Assembly (NCBI GenBank): GCA_963777955.1
Contig: CAVZSQ010000018.1
Span: 32,001 to 96,000, forward strand
From: Calditrichia bacterium
GTDB lineage: Bacteria; Calditrichota; Calditrichia; JAJRVZ01
DNA: 64,000 bases
Direction of reading: 5' to 3'
The notes under the pieces were generated by a model. It had not been told where the DNA came from and made no database searches. It saw only the letters and a program-made list of their open reading frames with translations. Below are positions 22,786 through 32,744 of this stretch, piece after piece; position 1 is the stretch's first letter; every line of letters starts with the position of its first letter. The position numbers and the translations under genes were made by a program.

Positions 22786-24681
22786 ATGTACAAATCCTCC
22801 TTCGGTTTTATTCTCGGTTGTGTCATTCTCTCCCTGGCTTATATGGTCCAGGATAATCCTCATGGTGAACAGTTTGATCTGGATTGCGATCTCTGTCATA
22901 ATCCGGAAAACTGGCAGGTGATTTTCTCGCGTATAAATTTTGATCATGCCCGTACTGATTTTCCATTGCATGGTGCTCACCGCCTGGTGAAATGCCGCAG
23001 TTGCCACGTTTCGCTGGTTTTTAATACCGCCGGTCAAAAATGTACAGATTGTCATAAGGATATTCATCAGGGGGAATTCGGTATCAGTTGCGAGGAATGC
23101 CATTCTTCACAGAGTTGGGAGAACCGCCAGGCCCTTTTTGCCAGGCACAGTCAGACCCGTTTCCCGCTGCTGGGAGTTCACGCTATGCTGGATTGTGAAA
23201 CCTGTCATCCCAAATTCCTGCGATCCCAGTTTACCCTGACTGCCTTGGAATGCCAGGGTTGTCATGCGCAGACCTATCAGCAGACAAATACTCCCAATCA
23301 TGCCCGGGCCGGTTTTGGTCTGACCTGTGAAAATTGCCATTCAGCGGCTGCCTGGAGCTGGCAGAATGCAGTCTATGATCATTCACCATTGTTTCCATTG
23401 ACAGGCGGTCACTCCGGACCAGGCTGCAATGATTGCCACCAGTCACAATTCAGCGGTACTTCACCCCTTTGTTTTTCCTGTCATCAGGCTGATTACAACG
23501 GGGCCATGGATCCTAATCATATTCAAAACAATTTTGATCATGATTGCGCAATCTGCCACAGTATCATCGCCTGGGATCCGGCGACCTTTGATCATAACCT
23601 CAGTAATTTTCCATTGACCGGTGCCCATACTGCTTTAAACTGTACGCAGTGTCATACCTCCGGCTATGTGAATACACCGGCTGATTGTTATAGTTGTCAT
23701 CAAACGGATTATACCGGAGCTGCCGATCCTGTTCATCAGGTCAATAATTTCAGTCATGATTGCTCATCCTGCCATAATACCGCTGCCTGGCAGCCGGCAT
23801 ATTTTAATCATGCCAATACCAGTTTCCCGCTCAGTGGAGCGCATGTTGCTTTGAATTGCACACAATGTCACAGCACCGGTTACACCAATACTCCGGCAGA
23901 ATGTTTTGCCTGCCACGCATCTGATTTTAACAGCGCCAGCGATCCAAATCATGTCAGTAATAACTTCGATCATAACTGCATCCAATGTCATAATACTGCC
24001 GGCTGGCAGCCATCAATTTTTAATCACAGCCTGACCGCTTTTCCGTTGACCGGTGCGCACCTTTCCCTGACCTGTATCCAGTGTCATGCCGGCGGTTATG
24101 TCTCCACGCCGCAAACCTGTTTTGCCTGCCACGAGTCTGATTTTAGCGGTGTCAGCGATCCGAATCATGTCAGTAATAATTTTAATCATGACTGTACCCA
24201 ATGTCATACCACCACAGCGTGGCAACCGGCCTCCTTCGATCATACTTCAACCGGTTTTACACTCAGCGGTGCTCATGTGGGATTGACCTGTATTCAATGT
24301 CATAGTACCGGTTATAGCAATACTTCTGCTGAATGTTTAAACTGTCACCAGCAGAACTATGATCAGACCAGCAATCCCAATCATCTGGCGGCTCATTTTC
24401 CGCTGCAATGCAATTCATGTCATAACACCACTGCCTGGCAACCGGCGAACTGGAATCATGATGGTCAATATTTTCCGATCTACTCCGGTGCCCACCAGGA
24501 TCAATGGAGCAGTTGTACCACCTGCCACACCAATCCGAACGATTACGCAATATTTTCATGTATAACCTGTCACGAGCATAATCAAACCGATATGAATGAT
24601 AAACATAGCGAAGTTTTGAACTATGCCTATGACAGTAACCTGTGTTACTCCTGTCATCCCACAGGTCAAGGGGGGGATTGA
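22786..24681 (+). CDS. Exported multiheme c-type cytochrome, 25 CxxCH motifs
   Basis: 25 CxxCH counted by eye; hydrophobic N-terminus; 72-aa triheme tandem repeats. Confidence 0.93.
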   Translation: MYKSSFGFILGCVILSLAYMVQDNPHGEQFDLDCDLCHNPENWQVIFSRINFDHARTDFPLHGAHRLVKCRSCHVSLVFNTAGQKCTDCHKDIHQGEFGISCEECHSSQSWENRQALFARHSQTRFPLLGVHAMLDCETCHPKFLRSQFTLTALECQGCHAQTYQQTNTPNHARAGFGLTCENCHSAAAWSWQNAVYDHSPLFPLTGGHSGPGCNDCHQSQFSGTSPLCFSCHQADYNGAMDPNHIQNNFDHDCAICHSIIAWDPATFDHNLSNFPLTGAHTALNCTQCHTSGYVNTPADCYSCHQTDYTGAADPVHQVNNFSHDCSSCHNTAAWQPAYFNHANTSFPLSGAHVALNCTQCHSTGYTNTPAECFACHASDFNSASDPNHVSNNFDHNCIQCHNTAGWQPSIFNHSLTAFPLTGAHLSLTCIQCHAGGYVSTPQTCFACHESDFSGVSDPNHVSNNFNHDCTQCHTTTAWQPASFDHTSTGFTLSGAHVGLTCIQCHSTGYSNTSAECLNCHQQNYDQTSNPNHLAAHFPLQCNSCHNTTAWQPANWNHDGQYFPIYSGAHQDQWSSCTTCHTNPNDYAIFSCITCHEHNQTDMNDKHSEVLNYAYDSNLCYSCHPTGQGGD

Positions 24682-24686
24682 GGAAG

Positions 24687-24730
24687 AAGGCACATAGTTA
24701 GGCAATTAGGCACTTAGGCACTGAGGCACC
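24687..24730. repeat. Octamer tandem array (AGGCACTT variant)
   Basis: aggcacat..aggcaatt aggcactt aggcactg aggcacc right after the cytochrome stop codon. Confidence 0.75.
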
Positions 24731-24765
24731 AAGTGGCCCCTTGAATACGCTTGGAAAACGATTGA

Positions 24766-24948
24766 CCGGTCGTCGAACGGCTTGTGCTGAGCGAAGTCGA
24801 AGCAAGTCGAGACGATCCCTGATGTGTCATCCCGGGCTTGACCCGGGATCCGTTATATCATCAGGTTCAGAGTATTGATGCCGGAGGCATCACAGGTTTA
24901 TAACAACGATACTCCATCCCTTATGCTGAACGATCCCGCAGGGATCGA
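24766..24948. repeat. Cluster of REP-like short palindromes
   Basis: gtgctgagcgaagtcgaagc; tgtcatcccgggcttgacccgggatc (24825-24850); tgatgccggaggcatca; cgatcccgcagggatcg. Confidence 0.65.
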
Positions 24949-25047
24949 ACACAAACTAATGTAAATTTAGCACGAATATGGATTATTAAATTAAGGTTCA
25001 TTGTTCTAGATCTAAGAGAATTTATCACGGATAAAGAGATTGTTAGA

Positions 25048-26712
25048 ATGTATTTTCAAGACGGAACAATTAAATTGCACTTAAAGTCAAATAGAACGAT
25101 TGCAGCACAGGTTGTTCTGGCAGTGGTAGTTTATAGTATTTTATTATGGACTGCCCCTGCCGCAGCTCAGGAAAAGGAACGGATTATATCTGTAACCTAT
25201 ATCTCGTCCGAGAACATATATCTGGATGGAGGCAGAGCTGCCGGAATAAATGTCGGCGACACGCTGGCTTTATGGCGCGACCGGCAAAAAATTGCAGAAA
25301 TTCAGGTGATTTATACGGCTGAGCAGACTGCTGCAGCGAAGTTATTAACAAGTATTAAAAATCCACAGACCGGCGATCAGGCGGAACTGAGAAAATCTCC
25401 GGTCAGATCGGCCGGGGTTCAGGCGCCGGCACCAATCACGCAGGCAGGTGCCCCATCGACCCTGACAGCGGAAGCGTCCCCGAAACCGGCAGTACGGATT
25501 TCCGGCAGCGTTGGCCTGCAATGGTATCAGTTCCGGGATCAATCAACCTATAAACATGACTTCAGCCAGCCGTCCCTGCGTTTTAATTTCAAAGCTCAAA
25601 ACTTATGGAATCGTGCCTATAGTTTACGAATACGCTTGCGTTCTAATTATAATCGACGAACGCAGAATTATAGCAGCGTTCCCGGCCAGCGGGAATGGCG
25701 TAATCGTATTTATGAAATAGCATTTTCCTATGAGAATCCGCAGGCACCTGTTAATTTTCGGGCTGGCCGCATTATTTCAAACACGTTCAGTGGTGTCGGT
25801 TATATTGACGGAGCATTGCTGCAGTATAATTTTGCCGGTTTTTATCATTTGGGAATTTTTGCCGGCAGCCAACCACAGTGGCAATATTCGGATTTTCAAA
25901 CGGTCAGACAAAAATATGGTCTGTATACAAATTACCGGAAAGGAGAATCCGCTGCCGGCTCACGGCTGGAGGCGACGCTGGCTCTGGTGGGAGAATATCA
26001 TTACCGCACCATCAGCCGCGAGTATGTCTATCTGCAATCCAGTTACGCCAGTGGCCAGCATTTTTCCATTTATCAGAATGCCGAGATCGAGGTTAACCGT
26101 TACTGGCGCCAGGAGAAGACGGGACGGAAAATTAATCTGAGCAGTTTATTACTCTCCGCCAATCTCAACATTACCGGATATCTGTCGGCCGGTTTAAGTT
26201 ATGACCATTATCAGAATTATTATACCTATGAACAGCGCAGTGTGGCGGATAGCCTCTTTGACAGTGCTGCCCGGCAGGGTTTACGGTCAACAGTATATTG
26301 GCGAATTATACCCAATCTGCGTTTTACGGCGAGTGCCGGTTTCCGCCTGAGAGAGAATGATTCCGGTTCGACATACTCCTGGTCAGGACAACTTATCCGT
26401 TCCAACCTGGTGCTCAGGGGTTTAATGATATCTGCCCGCCTGGCCGGTTATTCAAATCTCTATACCCGTGGTTATAATCCCTCGCTGCAGATCGGACAGA
26501 ATTTTAACCGTGGACATGCGGTTAATGTAGAATATGGACATTATTTTTACATGCTGGATCTCAATGATACTCACCATACCAATCACTGGATCCGTTCCAC
26601 GCTGCAATTTGTATTACCATGGCATTTATATCTTTATAGCCAGTATGAATATGACTGGGGTGACGACCGGCAGGGTCAGATTCTCTCAGCCGAATTGGGA
26701 TATCACTTTTAG
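25048..26712 (+). CDS. Probable outer-membrane beta-barrel protein with small N-terminal domain and Pro/Ala linker
   Basis: Signal peptide (APAAAQ); amphipathic Tyr/Gly-rich strands; ends in ELGYHF (beta-signal-like). Confidence 0.75.
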   Translation: MYFQDGTIKLHLKSNRTIAAQVVLAVVVYSILLWTAPAAAQEKERIISVTYISSENIYLDGGRAAGINVGDTLALWRDRQKIAEIQVIYTAEQTAAAKLLTSIKNPQTGDQAELRKSPVRSAGVQAPAPITQAGAPSTLTAEASPKPAVRISGSVGLQWYQFRDQSTYKHDFSQPSLRFNFKAQNLWNRAYSLRIRLRSNYNRRTQNYSSVPGQREWRNRIYEIAFSYENPQAPVNFRAGRIISNTFSGVGYIDGALLQYNFAGFYHLGIFAGSQPQWQYSDFQTVRQKYGLYTNYRKGESAAGSRLEATLALVGEYHYRTISREYVYLQSSYASGQHFSIYQNAEIEVNRYWRQEKTGRKINLSSLLLSANLNITGYLSAGLSYDHYQNYYTYEQRSVADSLFDSAARQGLRSTVYWRIIPNLRFTASAGFRLRENDSGSTYSWSGQLIRSNLVLRGLMISARLAGYSNLYTRGYNPSLQIGQNFNRGHAVNVEYGHYFYMLDLNDTHHTNHWIRSTLQFVLPWHLYLYSQYEYDWGDDRQGQILSAELGYHF

Positions 26713-26728
26713 AAAACGTGGTTGTCTA

Positions 26729-28030
26729 GTGGAATCACAAATAATCTGGTTGGCCACATTACTGCTGTTTTCGCTGCTGGTGATACCGTATTTCCTGAAA
26801 TTTCGCCGGCAGCAGAAACAGGGTGCTGCTCAGCAAGCCGAATCTATACGACTGGGTGCAGACCGGCCGGTAGCCCAATATCCGCAGATCGATCAATTAC
26901 GCTGCATTGGCTGCGGAGCCTGTGTCGCCGCCTGTCCGGAGGGCGGGGTTTTGGGTGTGGTCAATGGCAAGGCTACGATCATCAATGGACTTAAATGTGT
27001 GGGACATGGTCTGTGCGCCGAAGCCTGTCCGGTGGAAGGGATCCGCATAGGTCTTGGCGACATCAGGCAGCGGGATGACATACCGGCCATGAATGAATAC
27101 AATGAAACCAATATTTCAGGGATATACATTGCCGGAGAACTTGGCGGGCTTGCTCTGATCCGTAATGCCATCAGCCAGGGGCGCCAGGTGGTCGAGGCAA
27201 TCACGGCGCAGGCGCTGGGGAAAAATGGTAATGGTGGAAAATCAGAAACTGATATTATAATTGTAGGTGCAGGTCCGGCCGGACTAAGTGCTACCTTAAC
27301 CGCGATCAAAAATAACTTATCCTACCTGCTCATCGATCAGCAAAATATCGGTGGAACGATCTTACAATATCCTCGAAAAAAATTAATTATGACCCGTCCG
27401 GTGGAAATACCTCTGTACGGTTGGCTGAATCATCCGGAGTACAGCAAGGAAGAGTTGTTGGATGTATGGCAGGAGGTTCAAAAAAAATTTCAGATTCAGG
27501 TCAGGAGCGGAGAAAAATTAGAGCAGATATTTAAAGAAAACGGACATTTTCAGGTTCAGACTACAAAAGGAACTTACCAGGGGCGCTATATTGTCCTGGC
27601 CCTTGGACGCAGGGGTACTCCAAGAAAACTAAATGTGCCGGGTGAGGATCAGGCCAAAGTAATGTATAAATTAATGGATGCCGGTACCTATCAGAATGAA
27701 CATCTGCTGGTAGTAGGCGGAGGGGACAGTGCAATTGAAGCGGCAGTCGGCCTGGCCCGGCAAACAGGGAATACGGTTACTATCTCCTACCGTAAAGATA
27801 AATTCTTCCGGATCAAACGGCGCAATGAAGAGCATCTTGCTGAAATGATACAGAATGGAAAGATACATGTTCTGCTTAATTCCAGTGTTCTGGCTATTAA
27901 CAAAGATTCAGTTAGAATACAGCAGACGGGGATGGATAAGGAGATACCCAATAATTATGTATTTATTTTTGCCGGTGGCGAACCGCCGTTTGAATTATTA
28001 AAAAAGATTGGAATCCGTTTTGGCGAATAA
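26729..28030 (+). CDS. Membrane-anchored ferredoxin + FAD/NAD(P)H oxidoreductase (thioredoxin-reductase/YpdA-like fold)
   Basis: N-terminal TM helix; CIGCGACVAACP and CVGHGLCAEACP; VGAGPAG; VGGGDSA; probable GTG start at 26729. Confidence 0.85.
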   Translation: MESQIIWLATLLLFSLLVIPYFLKFRRQQKQGAAQQAESIRLGADRPVAQYPQIDQLRCIGCGACVAACPEGGVLGVVNGKATIINGLKCVGHGLCAEACPVEGIRIGLGDIRQRDDIPAMNEYNETNISGIYIAGELGGLALIRNAISQGRQVVEAITAQALGKNGNGGKSETDIIIVGAGPAGLSATLTAIKNNLSYLLIDQQNIGGTILQYPRKKLIMTRPVEIPLYGWLNHPEYSKEELLDVWQEVQKKFQIQVRSGEKLEQIFKENGHFQVQTTKGTYQGRYIVLALGRRGTPRKLNVPGEDQAKVMYKLMDAGTYQNEHLLVVGGGDSAIEAAVGLARQTGNTVTISYRKDKFFRIKRRNEEHLAEMIQNGKIHVLLNSSVLAINKDSVRIQQTGMDKEIPNNYVFIFAGGEPPFELLKKIGIRFGE

Positions 28031-28150
28031 ATCTTCAAATTCTCGAATTCTTAATAATAAATTCACTTTTAACTCCATTAGTCGTACGGCTAATATTCTG
28101 GATATCCTTATTCTTCAAACCATCTATTTATTATACAGCCGCTTGACTTT

Positions 28151-28753
28151 TTACAGGGTGTAGGCCACTTCCATCGAAAATGGTAATAAGTAATATGATT
28201 TGGATAATACTAAGTAACTTTCCAGAAGCAGATCGAGATGAGTCGTTAGTCTAAACTTAAAACCAAGCCCCAGGTTTATCAGTAATTCCGAAGTGGATTG
28301 TCCTTGCGGAGCAACATCTTCCATTGCATCGCTGAGAGATGGATCATATTCAAGATCAGCCCAGTTCATAAAATGAATTCCTGGACCAATTAAAAAATAC
28401 GGGCTGAATTTTCCATCGATTATGAAAGTTTTAAGCTGTATAGATAGATCGTAAAGGTGAGAATTTCTTGGTTTGTAGTATTTGCTTGACCAGGTATCCC
28501 GCTTGAATTTGAAATCGTTGTAACTGAAATTTATACTGACAGCCGAGTTGTGCTGGTTTCGGATACTAAATCCAAGATTCAATCCGAGTGCATGTGAATA
28601 AAATGAACTTAACAAATCGGGATATTGATCGACCAGAATCACATTGTACTGAGGCCCGCATTCAACAGAATAGGACAACTGAGACCGGGCAGGGCTTGGC
28701 AAGAAGAATGAAAAAAAGAGAACACATTCAAGGATCTTTAAAGATTTACACAT
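28151..28753 (-). CDS. Outer-membrane beta-barrel domain protein
   Basis: Signal peptide; SPYFLIGPG, NLGLGFKF strands; ends VAYTL. Confidence 0.6.
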   Translation of the reverse strand: MCKSLKILECVLFFSFFLPSPARSQLSYSVECGPQYNVILVDQYPDLLSSFYSHALGLNLGFSIRNQHNSAVSINFSYNDFKFKRDTWSSKYYKPRNSHLYDLSIQLKTFIIDGKFSPYFLIGPGIHFMNWADLEYDPSLSDAMEDVAPQGQSTSELLINLGLGFKFRLTTHLDLLLESYLVLSKSYYLLPFSMEVAYTL

Positions 28754-28974
28754 AATTAATGATCCTCCCTAGAGAGACATCTTTAAACTATGAACGGAAA
28801 ATTTTTCTCAACTTCTGGATTTCTATTTATAATGTAATTTTACGGCCAGGTAAAATCAAGAAAAAAGATAGTATGAATAGCGATAGTCCGCCTGACTGAA
28901 TAATTTGTAAAATCATTGCTTTAAACATGGCTTTGTCTGTAATTTTCAGAATCAATTTCAGCGAGGATAATAAA

Positions 28975-29406
28975 ATGATCCGAACAACCGGCAAGACGAT
29001 TTTTAAAATCCTGATAACTGTTAGCACTTTTCTAATGGTTATTCTGCTAAACAATTGCCACCCGCTCAAACCATTCAGCGATGTCGAAACTGCCGATGCC
29101 GCCAAACTCATTCAAGCCAGGCAGAATTCTGCGGATTTTGTACTTCTGGATGTGCGCACGCCCGAGGAATTTGCCAGCGGATTTATATCCGGCGCGGTAA
29201 ATATTGATTTCAAGTCTCCCGAATTCAACGGCAAACTGGATGAGCTGGATAAAACCAAAACCTATCTGGTTTATTGCCGGTCCGGCGGCCGCAGCGCCAA
29301 AGCCATGACGATGATGAAGGAAAAAGGCTTTAAGCGGGTTTATAACCTGCGCGGGGGTATCATCGAGTGGAATAATGCGCAAAAGCAGCCTGTGCCAGGC
29401 CAGTAA
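28975..29406 (+). CDS. Rhodanese-like domain protein, probably exported or a lipoprotein
   Basis: LDVRTPEEF, GAVNID, VYCRSGGRS, NLRGGI; hydrophobic N-terminus. Confidence 0.85.
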   Translation: MIRTTGKTIFKILITVSTFLMVILLNNCHPLKPFSDVETADAAKLIQARQNSADFVLLDVRTPEEFASGFISGAVNIDFKSPEFNGKLDELDKTKTYLVYCRSGGRSAKAMTMMKEKGFKRVYNLRGGIIEWNNAQKQPVPGQ

Positions 29407-29643
29407 GAATGAATTTATTCTTTTTACTGGTAATATTTGCGATTTATCTAATCATTGTCTATGTTACTATGTGATTAACCCGGCTAACGGCCAAATTGAA
29501 AAGACAAGTTGAACTATATAATCTTAATTATAAGAAAATATAGTACTGAATAACCAGAATATTGGGTAATTATTACTGGGGACATCTCCGCAGATTCCCA
29601 GTTTTCTTTAAATTTAGTCAAATAAAAAAGAAAGGGGTTTAGT

Positions 29644-30078
29644 ATGGGTTTATTCGATTTTATTAAAGGCGTTGGGAAAGACATTTTTGGGGGTAAGGAT
29701 GAAGCGACCCAGATCCAGGAATTGATTACTACCGAGCTGGGTGATAAGGTCAAAAATTTGAAGGTTGAATTTGCAGACGGGATCGTTAAGCTATTCGGCA
29801 CCTGTGATTCAGCTGAAGTAAAGGAAAAAGCAATTCTGTTAGCCGGAAATCTGAAAGGGGTTTCCAAGGTGGATGATACCTATTTCTCGGCACCTGCTGC
29901 TGTGGAAGCGTTCCAGTTCTATACAATTCAAAAGGGAGATACTTTATCGAAAATCGCCAAGAAATATTACGGTGATGCTATGAAGTATCCGGTGCTGTTT
30001 GAAGCCAACCGTGAAGTGATCAAGAATGCCGATTTGATCTATCCCGGCCAGGTAGTGCGTGTTCCTAAAGTTAAATAG
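29644..30078 (+). CDS. kbp: BON-LysM protein (Kbp/YgaU family)
   Basis: MGLFDFIK..G start, GDTLSKIAK.YYG, EANR...LIYPGQ. Confidence 0.85.
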   Translation: MGLFDFIKGVGKDIFGGKDEATQIQELITTELGDKVKNLKVEFADGIVKLFGTCDSAEVKEKAILLAGNLKGVSKVDDTYFSAPAAVEAFQFYTIQKGDTLSKIAKKYYGDAMKYPVLFEANREVIKNADLIYPGQVVRVPKVK

Positions 30079-30092
30079 AAAGAGGAGTAGTT

Positions 30093-30671
30093 ATGAGTGG
30101 ATTTGTCGATGAATTTATGAAATCCATGGGCGGTGATGTGGCCAGTCAGGCTGCTTCATCTCTGGGGATCAATCAAAAAACCGTTCAACAAATGATCCCG
30201 GCCCTGGTACCCATGATCCTGGGTGGACTGCGTCGCCAGAAGGATGAACAGGGGGGAGCAGCGCGCGTCGATCATATCTTAAATAAGTATGGTAAGTCTG
30301 ACGTCCTGAATGATATCGGCGGGCTTTTTGCCTCCAAAGTCACGCAGAGTAATCCGGATCCCAATCTGGGTGGATTATTGGGCAACTCGGGGTCACAGGC
30401 AGTTGACATGCTGGCAAATAATTTCAAACTGGATCCGAGTGTGATCACCAAGTTTATACCCATGCTGGCTCCGCTCGTTTTAGGTTATCTTACCAAAAAA
30501 CGGGACAGCGGAATGGGCAGTTCAGGAATCACTTCGATACTGGATAGTGACGGAGATGGTAGTATTCTGGATGACGTGGCCGGATTCCTGACCCAGAATC
30601 TGGGCTCGTCAAAAGGCGGTGGGCTGCTGGGTGGACTATTAGGTGGTCTATTCGGCAAGAAAAATCCGTAA
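30093..30671 (+). CDS. DUF937 family protein
   Basis: Helical Gly-rich protein, LAPLVLGYL, LDSDGDGSILDDVAG, GLLGGLFG. Confidence 0.7.
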   Translation: MSGFVDEFMKSMGGDVASQAASSLGINQKTVQQMIPALVPMILGGLRRQKDEQGGAARVDHILNKYGKSDVLNDIGGLFASKVTQSNPDPNLGGLLGNSGSQAVDMLANNFKLDPSVITKFIPMLAPLVLGYLTKKRDSGMGSSGITSILDSDGDGSILDDVAGFLTQNLGSSKGGGLLGGLLGGLFGKKNP

Positions 30672-30694
30672 AAATTTACCCGGAATTGCGATAT

Positions 30695-30732
30695 AAAAAA
30701 AGCCCGGCAGGCAGTAACTACCGGGCTTTTTT
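30695..30732. terminator. Bidirectional intrinsic terminator
   Basis: A-tract, GCCCGG stem, loop, CCGGGC, T-tract between convergent genes. Confidence 0.85.
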
Positions 30733-30753
30733 AATCCGCTGTTATGCTATTTT

Positions 30754-32352
30754 CTATTCATTGCCGTCCGTGGTAACCTGAGTTTCTTCGAGTTCATCAG
30801 TGACCTTGGCTGCAAAAGTTTGGCGGATAACGCAAACCTTTATCTGGCCCGGGTATTCCATCTCATCTTTGATTTTTCTGGCAATATCGGCAGAGAGAAT
30901 TTCCACCTGTTTATCATCGATCTTTTCAGGTTCGACAATAACCCTGATTTCACGACCGGCGGAGATGGCATAAGTTTTAGAGACTCCGGTAAATGAATTG
31001 GCCAGATCCTCCAGAGCGGTGATGCGTTTGGTATAAGCTTCCAGCGTATCCCTGCGCGCACCAGGCCGGCTGCCGCTGATCTTATCGGCAGCAGTTACCA
31101 GAACCGAGATGGGTGAAATCGGTTCTGCTTCTTCATGATGCGCCAGGATGGAATTGATTACCACCTCATGTTCATTATGTTTTTTACATAATTCCACACC
31201 TAACTGTACGTGGCTGCCCTCTGTGTTCTGACTAAGGGCCTTGCCGATATCATGAAATAATCCTGCCCGCCGGGCCAATTTAACATTGAAGCCCAACTCG
31301 GCAGCCATGGAACCGGTCAGCATGGCAACTTCAATCGAATGTTGCAGCATATTCTGTCCATAACTGTAGCGGTATTTCAGGCGGCCCAGACATTCCCGTA
31401 TCTGCGGATGCACACCGCGGACGTTCAATTCTTCCAGGGCGGCATCGGCCGCTTTGAGGATCGATTTTTCAACCTCTTTGGTTGCCCGATTTATGAATTG
31501 TTCGATCAGACCCGGATTAATATTCTTTGATTTAATCAGGTTTTCCATAGCCAGTCGTGCTATTTCACGTTTTACCGGATCAAAAGCAGAAAGAACGATC
31601 AATTCCGGTGTATCGTCAACAATTACTTTAACGCCGGCTAATTCTTCGAAGGCGCGAATGTTGCGTCCTTCGCGTCCAATGATCATCCCCTTGAATTTTT
31701 CATTGGGTAACTCGACGGTTGATAGAGTTGATTCCATGGTAAATTCATAAGCCAGACTTTCAATCGCCGTGGAAATTATTTCTTTGGCCTCACGCTGGGC
31801 AGTCATCCTGGCTTCATCTTTAATCTCCTTGGCCAGCTGGGCTGCCTCCAGTTTAACCCGGTTCTCTAAATTTTTCATCAATTCTTTTTTTGCTTCTTCG
31901 CTGGGCAGACCGGCAATAACTTCTAATTTTTTATTTTGTTCTTCCAGTGTTTCATCCAGCCGTTTGTGCTTATCATATAACGCTTCTTCACGCTGAGATA
32001 ATTTTTGAATGCGTTGATTCAGGCGGTTTTCTTTATATTTGAGATTATTCTCCATTCGCCGCAGATCTTTTTCCTTATTCAGTATTTTTGCTTCATTCCG
32101 GCCCAATTGATTTTCTTTACTTTTGAATTCTTCATAAAACTTGGCGCGTTTCCGCTGCAATTCTTCACGGAATTGAATCAATTGATCTTTTTTTATCTGT
32201 TCGGCTTTATGGTAAGCAGCATCGATTAATTCTTTAGCGGTGGATTTCTTTCTTTTCAGATAGGTATCGTGGGCCAGCAGAGCACCGATCACCCCCGCAG
32301 CAAAAAGCAAAATCCCTGGTATCAGGATGTAAAGTAAGTTTAGCTGTGACAC
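30754..32352 (-). CDS. rny: Ribonuclease Y
   Basis: N-terminal TM plus coiled coil, KH motif GMIIGREGRNIR, HD motif HDIGK, SRPGARR, AGREIRV; probable GTG start at 32352. Confidence 0.93.
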   Translation of the reverse strand: MSQLNLLYILIPGILLFAAGVIGALLAHDTYLKRKKSTAKELIDAAYHKAEQIKKDQLIQFREELQRKRAKFYEEFKSKENQLGRNEAKILNKEKDLRRMENNLKYKENRLNQRIQKLSQREEALYDKHKRLDETLEEQNKKLEVIAGLPSEEAKKELMKNLENRVKLEAAQLAKEIKDEARMTAQREAKEIISTAIESLAYEFTMESTLSTVELPNEKFKGMIIGREGRNIRAFEELAGVKVIVDDTPELIVLSAFDPVKREIARLAMENLIKSKNINPGLIEQFINRATKEVEKSILKAADAALEELNVRGVHPQIRECLGRLKYRYSYGQNMLQHSIEVAMLTGSMAAELGFNVKLARRAGLFHDIGKALSQNTEGSHVQLGVELCKKHNEHEVVINSILAHHEEAEPISPISVLVTAADKISGSRPGARRDTLEAYTKRITALEDLANSFTGVSKTYAISAGREIRVIVEPEKIDDKQVEILSADIARKIKDEMEYPGQIKVCVIRQTFAAKVTDELEETQVTTDGNE

Positions 32353-32377
32353 GTTTCTGCCTTTCTTAATATCCAAT

Positions 32378-32411
32378 AAAAAAGGGTAACGACCGGCCGT
32401 CATCACCCCTT
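32378..32411 (-). terminator. Terminator-like hairpin between the ferredoxin gene and rny
   Basis: Minus strand AGGGGTGATGACGGCCGGTCGTTACCCTTTTTT. Confidence 0.65.
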
Positions 32412-32439
32412 ATTATCAGAATTAAAATAAAATAATGGA

Positions 32440-32712
<273 letters not shown>

Positions 32713-32744
32713 TTAAGTTTACCACTTTTAGGTCAAAATTGGGT

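Noticed and set aside
22681..23103. 140-aa minus-strand ORF overlapping the 25-heme cytochrome
   Set aside because: Antisense shadow of a clearly real gene
26534..26728. N-terminal 65-aa extension of the flavoprotein ORF
   Set aside because: Overlaps the barrel gene; GTG 26729 just before the TM helix is the more plausible start
32353..32439. 6S RNA or other ncRNA upstream of rny
   Set aside because: The gap is under 90 nt and holds only a terminator-like hairpin
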